This document shows positions 36,354 through 53,502 of a stretch of 64,000 bases of DNA, piece after piece. Under the pieces are notes generated by a model, which saw only the letters and a program-made list of their open reading frames with translations, ran no database searches and was not told the DNA's origin. Within the stretch, counting starts at the first letter, position 1, and each line of letters begins with the position of its first letter. The position numbers were made by a program, and so were the translations under genes. This DNA comes from an uncultured Gemmatimonadales bacterium (GTDB lineage Bacteria; Gemmatimonadota; Gemmatimonadetes; Gemmatimonadales; Gemmatimonadaceae), in NCBI GenBank assembly GCA_963701965.1, contig OY969695.1:1408001-1472000 (forward strand), given 5' to 3'.

Positions 36354-38374
36354 GGCGGGCCGGCAATGACGGGGATGATAGCCGCCGGACCAAGCCCCTG
36401 GCGCGCCCGCGGCGGCGGAGCGGCCGCGGCGCGCACCCGCTCCAGCGCGGGACGCACGTCCCGACCGGCGCGCAGCGCGCCCGCCGCGTCACCGAGCGCG
36501 GTGGCCAGCGCCGGATCCACGGGCATCGCCGTGACCTGCAAGAGCGACAGCGTGTCGGCGAGCGCCTGTGGCGACTGGGTGACGAGATCGACGAGCGCGG
36601 ACAAACGGGCGACCGTGAGGGCGCGGACCGAGTCGCGCGCCAGCGACCCGCGGGGCGCGGGTGCCGCGCTATCCGTCGGCCCCCCCGCGGCACCCTTGCC
36701 GCGAACCCGTCCAATATCGACCACGATCTTGGGCGACCCGCCGCGCACGTAGAGCCGGTTCATGACGCGGGCGGAGTCGAGGATCGCGAGCGCCAGTCGC
36801 GCGCTCGGCAGCGCGGTATCGGGGAGCGCGACGCCCAACGACCGCGCGGCGTCGGTCATGGCCTGGAGCGCCCGCTGCATGAGCGCACGCTCCCGATTGG
36901 CGCCGACGCTGCCGGCGCCGCCTTTGCTGGCATCGACGTCCTCGCGCTCTCCCGGTTCGCCGCCCGAGTCGGCGCCGGCCGGGGCGGCGTTCAGGATGTC
37001 GTCGACTTCCTGCGCCAACCGTGACTCTTCGCCGGCCAGTCGGCTGGATTGGGCAACGTACCGCGCGCGCGGCGGTCGCGGTCGGCGGGTCACGAGCGAC
37101 TCGACCGCCATCACGAGCATGCGCTGACTCATGAACGCTTTCTCGGTGACGGGCGGCGGCGCGGCGTCGAGCGCGAGCGAGTCGTACTCCTCGGGCCTCG
37201 CGATGCGCAACGTGCGCGTCTCCGATGTCCCGACCCCCGGCCCCGACACGGTGTTGCCGTCGCGCGCCACGGCGCGCACCGAGAGTTGGCTACCAGGCGT
37301 CAGCCCGAGGGGGCCGAGTGGGAGCGTCGCGTGAAACGACGAGGAGCGCCGCGCGCCGAAGGACACGCGCCCCGTGGTGCCCGTGATGCCGGTGAAGCTG
37401 CCTTCGGCCTGCCCCTTGGAGACGATGTACTCGAAGTACCCATTGGCCAAAGCGATATCGTCGATGGCCTCGGCATCCAGCTCGATCGCCGCGGGCGGCG
37501 TCCGATACGTCGCGTCCGTCCGCGGTTCGGTGAGCACAACGGCTGGCGGATCGTCGAGTCGCGGCGCCAGGACGATGACGCGACGCCGCTCGCCGTCGGT
37601 CAGCACGAGCGCCGTGGCCTGGGCCGGCATTGGAAGCCCGGTCTCCCAACCATTGCCGGCCGGTCGCACCACCAAGGTGGCCGACGTCGCCGCCCCAAGC
37701 CCGTCCGGCGAGCCGCGGCCGCGGATGGTGATCGCGCTGCCGACGAGGGCGGCGATCGTCGACGGATCGGACAGGTCGGTCGCCGATTGCCCCGCATAGG
37801 CCGGCGGCACGACGTGGACGCGCAACGCCGCCAGGCGGCTGCCGGTGATCGGCGGCCCCACCAGTGGCCGCTCGGCGACCGCGGGCGCGCCGGCGCGAAC
37901 CGCGTGCAGCGGCATCACGCGCTGCAGGATGACCGCGACGACGATCATGATGAGCGCCGACCGACCATAGGCGACGACTGCGGCCCACAGCGCCACGCGC
38001 GGCAGATCGATCTCGCGCACGGTCCGCTCCAACGGGCCGCGCGTCGCGACGGGCCCAGGATCGATCGCGGTGACGAGCGCGTACTGGAGCTCGGGGGTGT
38101 GTTCCTCGACCCACAACGCGACGCGCTCCAAGACCCACGCGTGCCGGATCCGCCACAGGCGGAACCCGATCGCCATCACGCCGGCCACGGCCGCCAGCAT
38201 GCGCACCGCCGCAAAAAAGGTGTCGGAGAGCTTGGCGGCGTGGCCGATGGCGCCGCCCGCATCCAGCACGACACCGGCGGCGACGAGGCCCCACACGATC
38301 GTATTGATGATGCCGGCGCCGATGAGGATCTCGCGCACGCGGCGCGTCTCGGAGCGCGCCGTGGTGCGGGACAT
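36350..38374 (-). CDS. DUF4175-like membrane protein (Ig-like + helical domains)
   Basis: Three N-terminal TMs, 'VVPPAYAG', 'DDPPAVVL', 'AIDDIAL', 'ARDGNTVSGPG'. Confidence 0.7.
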   Translation of the reverse strand: MSRTTARSETRRVREILIGAGIINTIVWGLVAAGVVLDAGGAIGHAAKLSDTFFAAVRMLAAVAGVMAIGFRLWRIRHAWVLERVALWVEEHTPELQYALVTAIDPGPVATRGPLERTVREIDLPRVALWAAVVAYGRSALIMIVVAVILQRVMPLHAVRAGAPAVAERPLVGPPITGSRLAALRVHVVPPAYAGQSATDLSDPSTIAALVGSAITIRGRGSPDGLGAATSATLVVRPAGNGWETGLPMPAQATALVLTDGERRRVIVLAPRLDDPPAVVLTEPRTDATYRTPPAAIELDAEAIDDIALANGYFEYIVSKGQAEGSFTGITGTTGRVSFGARRSSSFHATLPLGPLGLTPGSQLSVRAVARDGNTVSGPGVGTSETRTLRIARPEEYDSLALDAAPPPVTEKAFMSQRMLVMAVESLVTRRPRPPRARYVAQSSRLAGEESRLAQEVDDILNAAPAGADSGGEPGEREDVDASKGGAGSVGANRERALMQRALQAMTDAARSLGVALPDTALPSARLALAILDSARVMNRLYVRGGSPKIVVDIGRVRGKGAAGGPTDSAAPAPRGSLARDSVRALTVARLSALVDLVTQSPQALADTLSLLQVTAMPVDPALATALGDAAGALRAGRDVRPALERVRAAAAPPPRARQGLGPAAIIPVIAGPP

Positions 38375-38419
38375 TCTTGATCAGCGTGTCCGAGCGGCGC
38401 GGAGTCGGTCGCATGATGG

Positions 38420-39556
38420 TCACGCGCGCCGCCGGACGAGCGGCTCGGCCAGCGCGGCGATGAGCGCGAGCGCGAGCAACGTCACGACGACGTTGCGATT
38501 CCCCCGGCCTGCGCGGGCCGCGCCAGCGACGATAGCTGCGTGCTTGGACCCCGTGCCGCCGAAGGCGCGCACGGCGGAGTCGCTCAACGGAACGGCGCCT
38601 CCGGTGCCGCACGGCGACGTGATGGCGCTCAATAATCGCGGGGGCGGATCGGTCGTGCCGATGGCGACGTCGCGCACGGTACCGGCGCCGAGCGGACGCT
38701 CGACGACGGCGGGCTCGCCGTCGACCCAGCGGGCGATCGGGTGGCCATCGGACAGGCGCCGCAAGCGGACAAACGGCGCGATGACGACACCGCAGCTGGT
38801 CGCCACGGCGCCCACGGTATCGTAGCGGACACCGCTGTCGGGGCGCGGCCAGACAATCAGCGCATGGCGTCCGCCGCGCGCCCAGGCGCTATCGGCCGCC
38901 GTTGGCACGCCGGCCACCACGCGCACTAGGTCGAATGACGCGGTGACCGAAGCGGGCGCGATCCGGACGGCACGAATGGCGGCCCGCCATTGCGACCGGA
39001 TGGCGATGGTCGCGGCGTCGACTTCGGCGGATGTGAAGGGCGAGACAACAACCAACTCGATGGAGTCCGCGCCCGCCGCGGCGCGCGACGCGGCGCGCAG
39101 GGCGGCGACCAGGCCCGCCGACAGCGAGCCCGGGGCGTTGGAGCGCGGGGGCAAGGGCGCGTCGGCGACCGCCGGCGCCGCGATGGTGTCGAACGGAACG
39201 ACGATGGCGCCGTTCGCGATGTAGCGCGCGGCACTGTCCGCGGCCTCGCCCATGGAGGCGACGGCCGCCGAGTGATCGACGGCGACAATCCGCGTGAGCG
39301 CCACGCGCCGGGCGCGCAGCGTCGGACGCGCGAACGCCGCGCCGGCGAGCAGAATCGTCAGGATACGGAGCGCGAGGAGAACGCGATCGACCGGGAGGCG
39401 GGTCAGGCGGCGCACGGTGGTCGTGCCGGCCGGTACGAAACGGGCCGTGGGCAGCGGCACGGCGGGCGGCGCGCGCAGGACCAGCAGGTGCAGTGCCGCG
39501 ATCGCCGCCGCGACCGCGAGGGCCGCCGCCAGGTATCCGGGTGCCGCGAAAGTCAT
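38420..39556 (-). CDS. BatA-domain membrane protein with degenerate VWA-like segment
   Basis: 'MTFAAPGYL…LHLL…PTARF…LLALRIL…FARP' BatA N-terminus; 'VDHSAA'; C-terminal TM. Confidence 0.8.
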   Translation of the reverse strand: MTFAAPGYLAAALAVAAAIAALHLLVLRAPPAVPLPTARFVPAGTTTVRRLTRLPVDRVLLALRILTILLAGAAFARPTLRARRVALTRIVAVDHSAAVASMGEAADSAARYIANGAIVVPFDTIAAPAVADAPLPPRSNAPGSLSAGLVAALRAASRAAAGADSIELVVVSPFTSAEVDAATIAIRSQWRAAIRAVRIAPASVTASFDLVRVVAGVPTAADSAWARGGRHALIVWPRPDSGVRYDTVGAVATSCGVVIAPFVRLRRLSDGHPIARWVDGEPAVVERPLGAGTVRDVAIGTTDPPPRLLSAITSPCGTGGAVPLSDSAVRAFGGTGSKHAAIVAGAARAGRGNRNVVVTLLALALIAALAEPLVRRRA

Positions 39557-39571
39557 CGGGAGCTTAGAACA

Positions 39572-40620
39572 TCACGACGGTGAGGCGACGATCCGACGCA
39601 CCGCGTGGTCCGGGGCCTCGTCCGTGGCGCTCAGAATGTACGTCGCGCCCGCGGCGCGCCAGTCGCGGGCCACGGTCGCGCGCCAGTCGGCGAAGGCCTG
39701 GATGTATGCGTGGCGCGCCGTGCCGATCAGCGGGCGTCGGAGCGACGGATCCTCGGGATCCTCGACCGACACATTGCGCACCGACGGGTCGAGCTCTTCG
39801 GGGGACACCACGTGAATCGCGTAGACCTCGCCGCCGGCCCCGCCGAGGACGCGCGCGGCAGCCAGGACGGCGGTCGCGTCGGCGGCATTGGTGAGGAAAT
39901 CGGAGACCAGGACCACGCGCGCGCCGCGTGCGACGGCGGCGGCCGCCGAGAATAATCGCGCGAGCGAGGCCGGGCCGGCCGAGGCATTGCTCCCCAGCGC
40001 GCTCGCGATATCGCCGACCACGCCGCTGCGCGTGCGTGGCGGCAACGTAAGAATTGCGCGGCCGTTCGCGGGCGCTTGCGCGCCACGCGAATCGAGCGCT
40101 CCCGGCCCCCGCCCACGACGCGAGTCGCGGTCGTTCCCACTGGCCAAACCGAGTCCGCGTTTCCAAGCGAGCGCGCCCGGTCCCGTGCCACGGCCATCAC
40201 GCTCGCCTTTGTCTCCGGTACCGAGCGCCGCAGGCGCGAGGCACAACCCAACCGGGTCCCCAGCGGCGTGGGCGATCGACGCCAGCGCGAGCGTGAGCCG
40301 CCGCGCATGGTGCCGCTTGCCGAGCGTCTCAACGGGAAACGCCATGGACGGCGATGTGTCGACGGCAAAGACCGTGGGCAACAGCGCGTGATCGTCACTG
40401 AGCCGGATGAACGCCCGATCGCTTCGGGCCAGGAGCTTCCAATCGAGTCGCCGGGGATCGTCGCCTTGCGAATACGGCCGGTACTCGGTGAACTCGGCGG
40501 CCGCCCCGCGGCGGCGCGACCGGTGCACGCCGTGCGCGCCGGCGGAGACGAGCTGGCGGGCCGGCCACCGCACCCCGCGCACGGCGTCGAGGAGCGACGC
40601 GTCCTCGGGGGTGGTGCCGT

Positions 40621-40624
<4 letters not shown>
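39572..40624 (-). CDS. DUF58-domain protein
   Basis: EFTEYRPYSQGDDPRRLDWK, VDTSPSM, LVSDFL. Confidence 0.92.
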
Positions 40625-41634
<1,010 letters not shown>

Positions 41635-41639
41635 GGTTG

Positions 41640-41679
41640 AAAAATCCCTACCCCCACCCGGAACGGGTAGGGGTAGGGA
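41640..41679 (-). terminator. Intrinsic terminator after rpoC
   Basis: TCCCTACCCCTACCCG-TTC-CGGGTGGGGGTAGGGA followed by TTTTT on minus strand. Confidence 0.85.
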
Positions 41680-41700
41680 GATAGAGAAGTGTTAAACCGC

Positions 41701-45995
<4,295 letters not shown>

Positions 45996-45999
<4 letters not shown>

Positions 46000-48900
46000 G
46001 AGTTTCCCTCACTCCCGTTGCCGTTGCCTGACCCGTTCGACCCATTGGCTGGTGCTCCGCCATTCCCGCCGCCGTACCCGTCGGCGGTCGCCCCGAGGGT
46101 GACCTTGATGCCGAGGGCTTGCAGCTCCTTCACCAGCACGTTGAAGGACTCGGGAATGCCGGGCTCGGGAAGATTCTGGCCTTTGACGATCGCCTCGTAG
46201 ACGCGGCTGCGTCCGTTGACGTCGTCGGACTTCACGGTCAGGATCTCCTGGAGCGTATGCGCCGCGCCGTACGCTTCGAGCGCCCACACTTCCATCTCCC
46301 CGAACCGCTGCCCGCCGAACTGCGCTTTCCCGGCGAGCGGCTGCTGGGTGACCAACGAGTAGGGCCCGATGCTGCGGGCGTGGATCTTGTCGTCCACCAG
46401 GTGCGACAACTTCAGCATGTAAATTTCACCGACCGTGACCGGGCTGGCGAAAGTCTCGCCCGTCCGCCCGTCGCGCAGGCGGACCTTCCCGCCCGGCGTG
46501 ATCCCGGCCAACCGCAACAACTCCAACACCGCCTGATCGACGTCCGCGTCGCTCTTCTTGCGGAGAATCGTCGCCAGCACGGGCAGCTCCTCGGCCGCCA
46601 ACGTGTCGGCCGGGTCGCGCGCCTCGAGCTTTTCGAGATCGGGCACGACATCCCGATACTGCCCGCGCGCCCGATCGCTCTCGGCGGCATCTTCAATGCC
46701 CGCGCGGTGGAACGCGAGTTGATGTCCCATCTCCTGCTTCTCGCGCTCCGCCAACTCCCGGGCCGCGGCGGCGCAGAAATCGCGCACCCGCGTGTACACC
46801 TCTTTCGTCGCGCCCGTTCGTCCGCGGGACCCGAGATCGTTCAACGTCGCGTCGGCGAGCAGCTCCACGCGCTCACCGCCGTCCGTGGACGAGGGCTTGA
46901 GATCCTCGAGGATCGCCTTGATATCCGCGTCGCTGATCTCCGGTGACTTGGTGACCAGTTGCAGCGCCTCGCGGGCCCACTTGAGCGCGGCGAGCTTGAG
47001 CAGCAAGCCGATCTCGCGCTCGTTGGCGCCCTGGAAGACGGGCGTCTTGGCGTAGAAACCCAACAGCCGCGCCGCCCAGCCCAGGTGCGTCTCCAGAATC
47101 TGGCCGACGTTCATACGGCTCGGGACACCGAGGGGGTTGAGCACGATGTCGACGGGACGGCCTTCGGGGAGGAACGGCATATCCTCCTCGGGGACGATCC
47201 GTGCGACAATGCCCTTGTTCCCGTGGCGACCCGCCATCTTGTCGCCGACCGAGATCTTGCGCTTCTCGGCCAGATAAACCTTCACGAGCTGGATCACCCC
47301 GGGCGGCAGCTCATCGGGCTGCAGAATCCGGTCGATCCGCTCTTCGGCCTTCTCTTCGATTTTCGCCTTCTCGTCGTTCGCCGCGTCGATGACCGTGCGC
47401 GCGCGCTCGTTCACCGCCTTGCTCTCGACCCGGAACGTCTTGAGGTCGAGGGTCGCGATCTTGAAGCCGTGCAGGAACTCGCGGTCGAGCTTCGTCCCCT
47501 GGGGGATCGCCTCTTCGACCGTTCCTGCTTTGAGGGCCAGCGCCACTTTCTGCCCGTCGAGCAACTCAACCAGCTCGGCGTCGCGCGCTTCGTTTACCCG
47601 GATCTTCTCTTCTCCTTCCAGCCGGCGCACTTCGCCGATTCTCTCACCGCGGTCCTTCTCGACCACTTGGTCTTCGATTCGCGAGAAGATCTTGACGTCG
47701 ATGACCACGCCTTCCATGCCGGGCGGCACTTTGAGCGACGAATCCTTGACGTCTTTGGCCTTTTCGCCGAAGATCGCGGTCAGGAGCTTCTCTTCGGGCG
47801 ACAGCTCGGTCTCGCCCTTCGGCGTGATCTTGCCGACGAGAATGTCGCCCGGCTTGACGTGGGCGCCGATGCGGACGATACCGCGCTCGTCGAGGTCGAC
47901 CAGCGACTCCTCGGCGACGTTCGGAATCTCCCGCGTGATCTCTTCCTGGCCGCGCTTGGTGTCGCGGACGTGCAGCTCGAGCTCCTGGATGTGGATCGAC
48001 GAGTACACGTCGTCTTTCACCAGACGCTCCGAGAGAATAATCGCGTCCTCGAAGTTGTGACCGTACCACGGCATGAACGCCACGGTGACGTTGGCGCCGA
48101 GGGCCAGCTGCCCCATCTCCCGTGCCCGCGCCATCGGCCAGCACATCGCCGACCTGCACGCGCTGACCGGCGTGCACCAACGGCCGCTGGTTGATGGCGG
48201 TGTCTTGATTCGTGCGCCAGTACTTCTTGAGCCGGTACCGGTCGCTCTGATTGAGGCGGGCCAACGGCGAGCCGGCGGCCGCGCTGGCGCGCGCCGCGGC
48301 GGCGCCTTCGGCCTGACCGGCGTCGACGATGATCTCATCGGCCGTCACGCGGGTCACGAGACCCGGGCGGCGGGCGACGACGACGGCACCGGAATCGATC
48401 GCGACCTTCTCTTCGAGCCCGGTTCCGACCAGCGGCGTCCGGGGATTCAGCAACGGCACGCTCTGCCGCTGCATGTTGGATCCCATGAGCGCGCGGTTGG
48501 CGTCGTCATGTTCGAGAAAGGGGATGAGGGCGGCCGCAATAGACACCAGCTGCTCCGGCGCCACATCCATGTAATCGATGCGGTCGGGCGGGGTCAGCGG
48601 CGCGTCACCTTGATGCCGGCACAGCACCAACTCATCGAGGAACGTGCCATCGGGATTGAGCTTGGTGTTGGCCTGCGCGATCGTCGCGTCCTCCTCGCGG
48701 TTGGCATCGAGCCACGCCAGCTCGCCCGTGACCTTTCCGTGCTTCACGATGCGATACGGCGTCTCGATGAACCCGAGGTCGTTCACCTGCGCGTAGCAGG
48801 CGAGCGACGTGATCAACCCAATGTTCGGACCTTCCGGCGTCTCGATCGGGCACATACGCCCATACTGGGAGTAGTGCACGTCGCGCACCTCGAACCCGGC

Positions 48901-50631
48901 GCGCTCCCGCGTGAGGCCGCCCGGTCCCAGCGCCGACAAACGCCGCTTGTGGGTCAGCTCGGCCAACGGGTTGGTCTGATCCATGAACTGCGACAGCTGC
49001 GACGACCCGAAGAACGCCTGGATGACCGCCGAAACGGTCCGGGCATTCACCAGATCATCGAGCGAGATCTTCTCGGGATCGGTGTTGATCGACATGCGCT
49101 CTTTGACCAGCCGCGCCATGCGCGAGAGACCGACGGAGAACTGATTGGCGATCAACTCGCCGACCGACCGGATCCGGCGGTTGCCGAGGTGATCAATGTC
49201 GTCCGTGTGCCCGCGGCCTTCGTGCAGCTCCACGAGATAGCGCACGATCGCGACGAAGTCGTCGCGGGTGAGCACGGTCTCGTTCGCCGGGCGGTTGAGG
49301 CCCAGGCGCTGGTTGATCTTGTACCGGCCGACACGCCCCAGATCGTAGCGCTTGGGCGAGAAGAACAACCGCTCCAGCGCCTGCTTCGCCGTCTCGCGGT
49401 TCGGGGCATCGCCCGGCCGCAGCAGCGAGTAGATCTGCTTGAGCGCCTCCTCCTCGGAATGCGTCGGGTCCTTGCCCAGCGTGTTCTTGATGAGCGCCGA
49501 CTCCACGCGACCCGAAGGCGCGAAGACCTGGACCTTGATGACGTCGGACTTCCGCAACCGCTTGATCAGCGTCGCGTTGAGCGGTTGGTCGGCCTCGGCG
49601 TATACCTCGCCCGTGGCCGTGTCGATGACGTCGCGCGCCAGCACCGGCGGCTGCTCGCGCTCGCCACGCTCGATCGCATCCAGCTCATCGCGGATGTCGA
49701 CGGTCGTGTAGGACGCGAACACCTTGATCTTCTTGTACTTGAGCTCGCGCAGACGCTCGGCCAGCTCCTCGGTGAGCTCCGTGCCGACCGCGATAGTCCG
49801 CTCGGCCTCGGCGGCGGCCTGCTCGGCCTTCGCCTTCTTGGTCTTGGGCTTGGGCGCATCGGGATCGTGCTCACGACCGGGCAGCACGACCTGTTCGGCG
49901 ACGATGGCACCGGCCAGCTCCCGCAGCTCCTGGCGGTTGGAGCGGATCTTGGTCAGATCGAGCTCACGGACACCGAAGAAGAGGTTGTACAGATCCGCGT
50001 CGTTCCCGTAGCCGAACGCGCGCAGCAGCGCGGTCGCCGGGAACTTCTTCTTCTTGTCGATGTGGACGTAGATCACGTCGTGAATGTCGACCGTGAACTC
50101 GACCCACGATCCGCGGAACGGAATGATGCGCGCCGAGATCAGGCGCTGCCCGTTCGGGTGCGTCGACTCCTCGAACACGGCGCCCGGAGACCGGTGCAGC
50201 TGACTGACGACGACCCGTTCGGCGCCGTTGATGACGAACGTGCCGAGCTTGGTGAGCAGCGGCAGCTCGCCGAGATAGACTTCTTTCTCGATGATGTTGC
50301 GCGGGCGCTTCACGCCGTTGACTTCTTCGTTGATCACCAGCTGAAGCGTCGCTTTGAGCGGGGCCGAGTACGTCATGTCGCGCTCGATGCACTCCTCGAC
50401 GGAGTACTTCGGCTCGCCCAGCGAATACTTCACGAACTCCAGCGAGAAATTCTCGTGGACGTCCGTGATCGGAAAGAGGTCCTTGAAGACGCGCTCCAAA
50501 CCGATATCTTCGCGGTCTTGGCTCGCCGCGTCGAGTTGGAGGAGGGCCTCGAAGGCCCGGGTCTGAATGTCGAGGAGATGCGGCATCCGCATCCCGCCGG
50601 CGAGCTTGCCAAAGGATATCTGCTTCATCAT
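45996..50631 (-). CDS. rpoB: RNA polymerase beta subunit (1-nt frameshift near 48120)
   Basis: [33 protein letters not shown]; two ORFs join as [13 protein letters not shown] if one G is removed. Confidence 0.97.
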
Positions 50632-50773
50632 GTCAGGCTTGGTCCCAGTGTGATACGGACGCCGGACGGGAGACGGAGGCCCGGTCGTCCCGGCACGCGC
50701 ACGCGCCGAAACGACTCGTCTCCCTCTCCCTGCCCGACTTGGCCCTCTGTCGGCCGTACGCCAATCGGTCCAG

Positions 50774-51181
50774 CTACTTCACCTCGACCGTCGCGCCCTG
50801 TTCCTCCAACTTGGCCTTGATCTGCGCGGCCTCGTCCTTCGAGACACCCGCTTTCACCACTTGCGGCGAGCCGTCGACCAGGTCCTTGGCTTCCTTGAGT
50901 CCGAGCGCGGTGATCTCGCGCACGACCTTGATGACCTGAATCTTCTTCGCGCCCGGCTCCTTGAGCGTGACCGAGAACTCGGTCTGCTCTTCGACCGCCG
51001 GAGCCGCGGCGGCTCCGCCGCCAGCTCCGCCCGCCGCCGGCGCCGCACCGCCCACGGGGGCAGCGGCGATCGTCACGTTGAACTTGGTCTTGAACTTCTC
51101 GATCAACTCGGCGAGCTCGAAGACCGACATGTTGCCGATCACGTCGAGGATCTCGTCGCTGCTCATGGTTGCGTTAGCCAT
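50774..51181 (-). CDS. rplL: 50S ribosomal protein L7/L12
   Basis: [25 protein letters not shown]. Confidence 0.98.
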   Translation of the reverse strand: MANATMSSDEILDVIGNMSVFELAELIEKFKTKFNVTIAAAPVGGAAPAAGGAGGGAAAAPAVEEQTEFSVTLKEPGAKKIQVIKVVREITALGLKEAKDLVDGSPQVVKAGVSKDEAAQIKAKLEEQGATVEVK

Positions 51182-51244
51182 TGTGCTCGTCTCTCTCTCT
51201 GTAAAGTAACCAGGGGGGACTTTCGGAATCCCAGGTAACCCCCG

Positions 51245-51754
51245 TCACCCTTCCCGCTGTACGCGCAGCGCTTCCAGTGCGCCGGCGAACGTCGACAACA
51301 CCCCATTGAGCGCTCCGGCGAACCCGGCGAGCGGCGACTGCAGCGCTCCGCCGAGCTGAGCCAGGAGTTGTGCGCGCGACGGCATCGTCGCGAGCTTCGC
51401 AACCTGCGCCGAATCGATCGCCTTCCCGTCGAGGAGACCGCCCTTGACGGCCGGCTTCTCGAATTCTTTCGCAAAATCCGTGAGGACTTTGGCGGCGGTG
51501 ACCGGATCCTTCCCGATCACGATGCCGGTCGGACCGCGGAGCCGCGTCCCGGTCAGACCGCTTTCGTTCACCGCCCGCAAAGCGAGCGTGTTCTTGATGA
51601 CCAGATACTCGACTCCGCCCTTCCGCAGCCGGCGCCGGAGATCGGTCATCTGCTTCACGTTGAGGCCCGTGAAATCCGTGTAGTACAAGGCCTTGGCGCC
51701 CTTCATCTTGGTCCGGAGCTCGGCCACCAGCTCCTCTTTCTCGGTACGTTTCAT
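51245..51754 (-). CDS. rplJ: 50S ribosomal protein L10
   Basis: DFTGLNV, VIKNTL, LATMPSR; ATG 51754. Confidence 0.96.
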   Translation of the reverse strand: MKRTEKEELVAELRTKMKGAKALYYTDFTGLNVKQMTDLRRRLRKGGVEYLVIKNTLALRAVNESGLTGTRLRGPTGIVIGKDPVTAAKVLTDFAKEFEKPAVKGGLLDGKAIDSAQVAKLATMPSRAQLLAQLGGALQSPLAGFAGALNGVLSTFAGALEALRVQREG

Positions 51755-51755
51755 C

Positions 51756-52448
51756 TTAACGGTAGGGTGTCGTGTCAACCGTGATGCCGGGGCCCATCGT
51801 GCTGGACACGGCGACGTTGCGGATGTACACACCCTTGGCCGCGGCGGGCTTGGAACGGACCACTTGGTCCATTAGGGCGTTGAAGTTCGTCTCCAAGGCA
51901 TCAACGGCGAACGACACTTTGCCGATCGGGGCGTGGAGATTACCGCCTTTGTCGACCCGAAACTCGATCTTGCCGGCCTTCACGTCGCGCACGGCGCGCG
52001 TGACGTCGAACGTGACCGTACCCGCCTTGGGATTGGGCATGAGTCCGCGCGGACCGAGCACCCGCCCCAGTTGGCCGACCTGACCCATCTGGTCGGGCGT
52101 GGCGATCATCACGTCGAAGTCCAGCCAGTTGTCCTTGATCTTCTGTATGAACTCGGTGCCAACGAAGTCGGCGCCCGCGGCCTGAGCCTCGCGCGCCTTG
52201 TCGCCGGCGGCGATGACGAGCACGCGAACGGTCTTACCAGTGCCCGCGGGCAGCACGACGGTGCCGCGTACGAGTTGGTCAGCGTGCCGGGGATCGACGC
52301 CGAGGTGCACCGCGACCTCGACCGTCTCGTCAAACTTGGCATACGCTGCCTGCTTGACGAACTCGAGGGCCGCGCGTGGCGCCTGCGGTACGCCGATAGG
52401 CAGCCGCTTGGCCGCGTCGGTGTACTTCTTCCCGTGCGTCGTCTCCAT
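51756..52448 (-). CDS. rplA: 50S ribosomal protein L1
   Basis: [25 protein letters not shown]. Confidence 0.98.
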   Translation of the reverse strand: METTHGKKYTDAAKRLPIGVPQAPRAALEFVKQAAYAKFDETVEVAVHLGVDPRHADQLVRGTVVLPAGTGKTVRVLVIAAGDKAREAQAAGADFVGTEFIQKIKDNWLDFDVMIATPDQMGQVGQLGRVLGPRGLMPNPKAGTVTFDVTRAVRDVKAGKIEFRVDKGGNLHAPIGKVSFAVDALETNFNALMDQVVRSKPAAAKGVYIRNVAVSSTMGPGITVDTTPYR

Positions 52449-52870
52449 CAGCCCTTGACCTCCAGGCCCATCGAACGCGCGGCGCCAGCGACCATGGCCT
52501 CGGCGGACTCGATCGAGTCGCAGTTCAGATCAGGAAGCTTGATCTCGGCGATCTTCCGCACCTGGGCGCGGGTGACCGACCCAACCTTGATCTTGTTTGG
52601 GGTGCCCGATCCCTTCTCGATGCCGGCCTCTTTCTTCAGCAAGACCGCCGCGGGCGGCGTCTTGGTGATAAAAGTGAACGACTTGTCACTATAGATCGTG
52701 ACTTCGACCGGCAGGATGGTATCCTGCCCCTGCGTTCGCGCGTTGAACTCCTTCACGAACGCCATGATGTTGATCCCCTGGGGACCAAGCGCGGTCCCGA
52801 CAGGAGGTGCCGGATTCGCGCGCCCCGCCGGAATCTGGAGCTTCACGAACCCCGTAACTTTTTTCGCCAT
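52448..52870 (-). CDS. rplK: 50S ribosomal protein L11
   Basis: [18 protein letters not shown]. Confidence 0.98.
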   Translation of the reverse strand: MAKKVTGFVKLQIPAGRANPAPPVGTALGPQGINIMAFVKEFNARTQGQDTILPVEVTIYSDKSFTFITKTPPAAVLLKKEAGIEKGSGTPNKIKVGSVTRAQVRKIAEIKLPDLNCDSIESAEAMVAGAARSMGLEVKG

Positions 52871-52957
52871 CGTGTCCCTCTCTCAGCGTCGTCCCTACGA
52901 CTCCCACTGTTCTTTTCACGTCGGCGTGGTCTCCGACGTCCAGCAACCCTGCAGGCG

Positions 52958-53500
52958 TCAGTACGCCTTTAACTGCAAATAGTCGAGCTCAACCGACGTC
53001 GGCCGTCCAAACAACGAGACCGACACCCGAACCTTGCCTTTGTCCGCCATCACTTCCTCGACCGTGCCGTTGAAATCCGTGAACGGCCCTTCGGTGATGG
53101 CCACCGCCTGTCCCACCAGGAACGGAATCTCTTCCTTGGGCTCCTCAGGCTCGGCGTCCGACGCGATTCCGAGCAGCCGGTTGACCTCTTCCGGCCGCAA
53201 CGGCTGCGGCAGCCGATCATGCCCAACGAACTTGATCACCCCTTGGATGCCGTTGATGGTATGAATCGTTTCCTGGTTCATGACCATTTCAACGAGCACG
53301 TACCCGGGATACATCTTCCGTTCGACGTTCACCTTCTTGCCGTTCTTGATCTCCACCACTTCCTGCGTCGGCACCAATGCCTGCCGGATGGACCGATCCT
53401 CGGCCCGGGCGGGATCCAATTCGATCTTCCGCTGGATCAGGGACCGGACTTTGTTCTCGTGACCCGCTGTCGTCTGGATCGCGTACCAGCGGTGCTCCAC
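52958..53500 (-). CDS. nusG: Transcription termination/antitermination factor NusG
   Basis: WYAIQT, YPGYVLVEM, GPFTDF, FGRPTSVEL; GTG 53500. Confidence 0.96.
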   Translation of the reverse strand: MEHRWYAIQTTAGHENKVRSLIQRKIELDPARAEDRSIRQALVPTQEVVEIKNGKKVNVERKMYPGYVLVEMVMNQETIHTINGIQGVIKFVGHDRLPQPLRPEEVNRLLGIASDAEPEEPKEEIPFLVGQAVAITEGPFTDFNGTVEEVMADKGKVRVSVSLFGRPTSVELDYLQLKAY

Positions 53501-53502
53501 GG

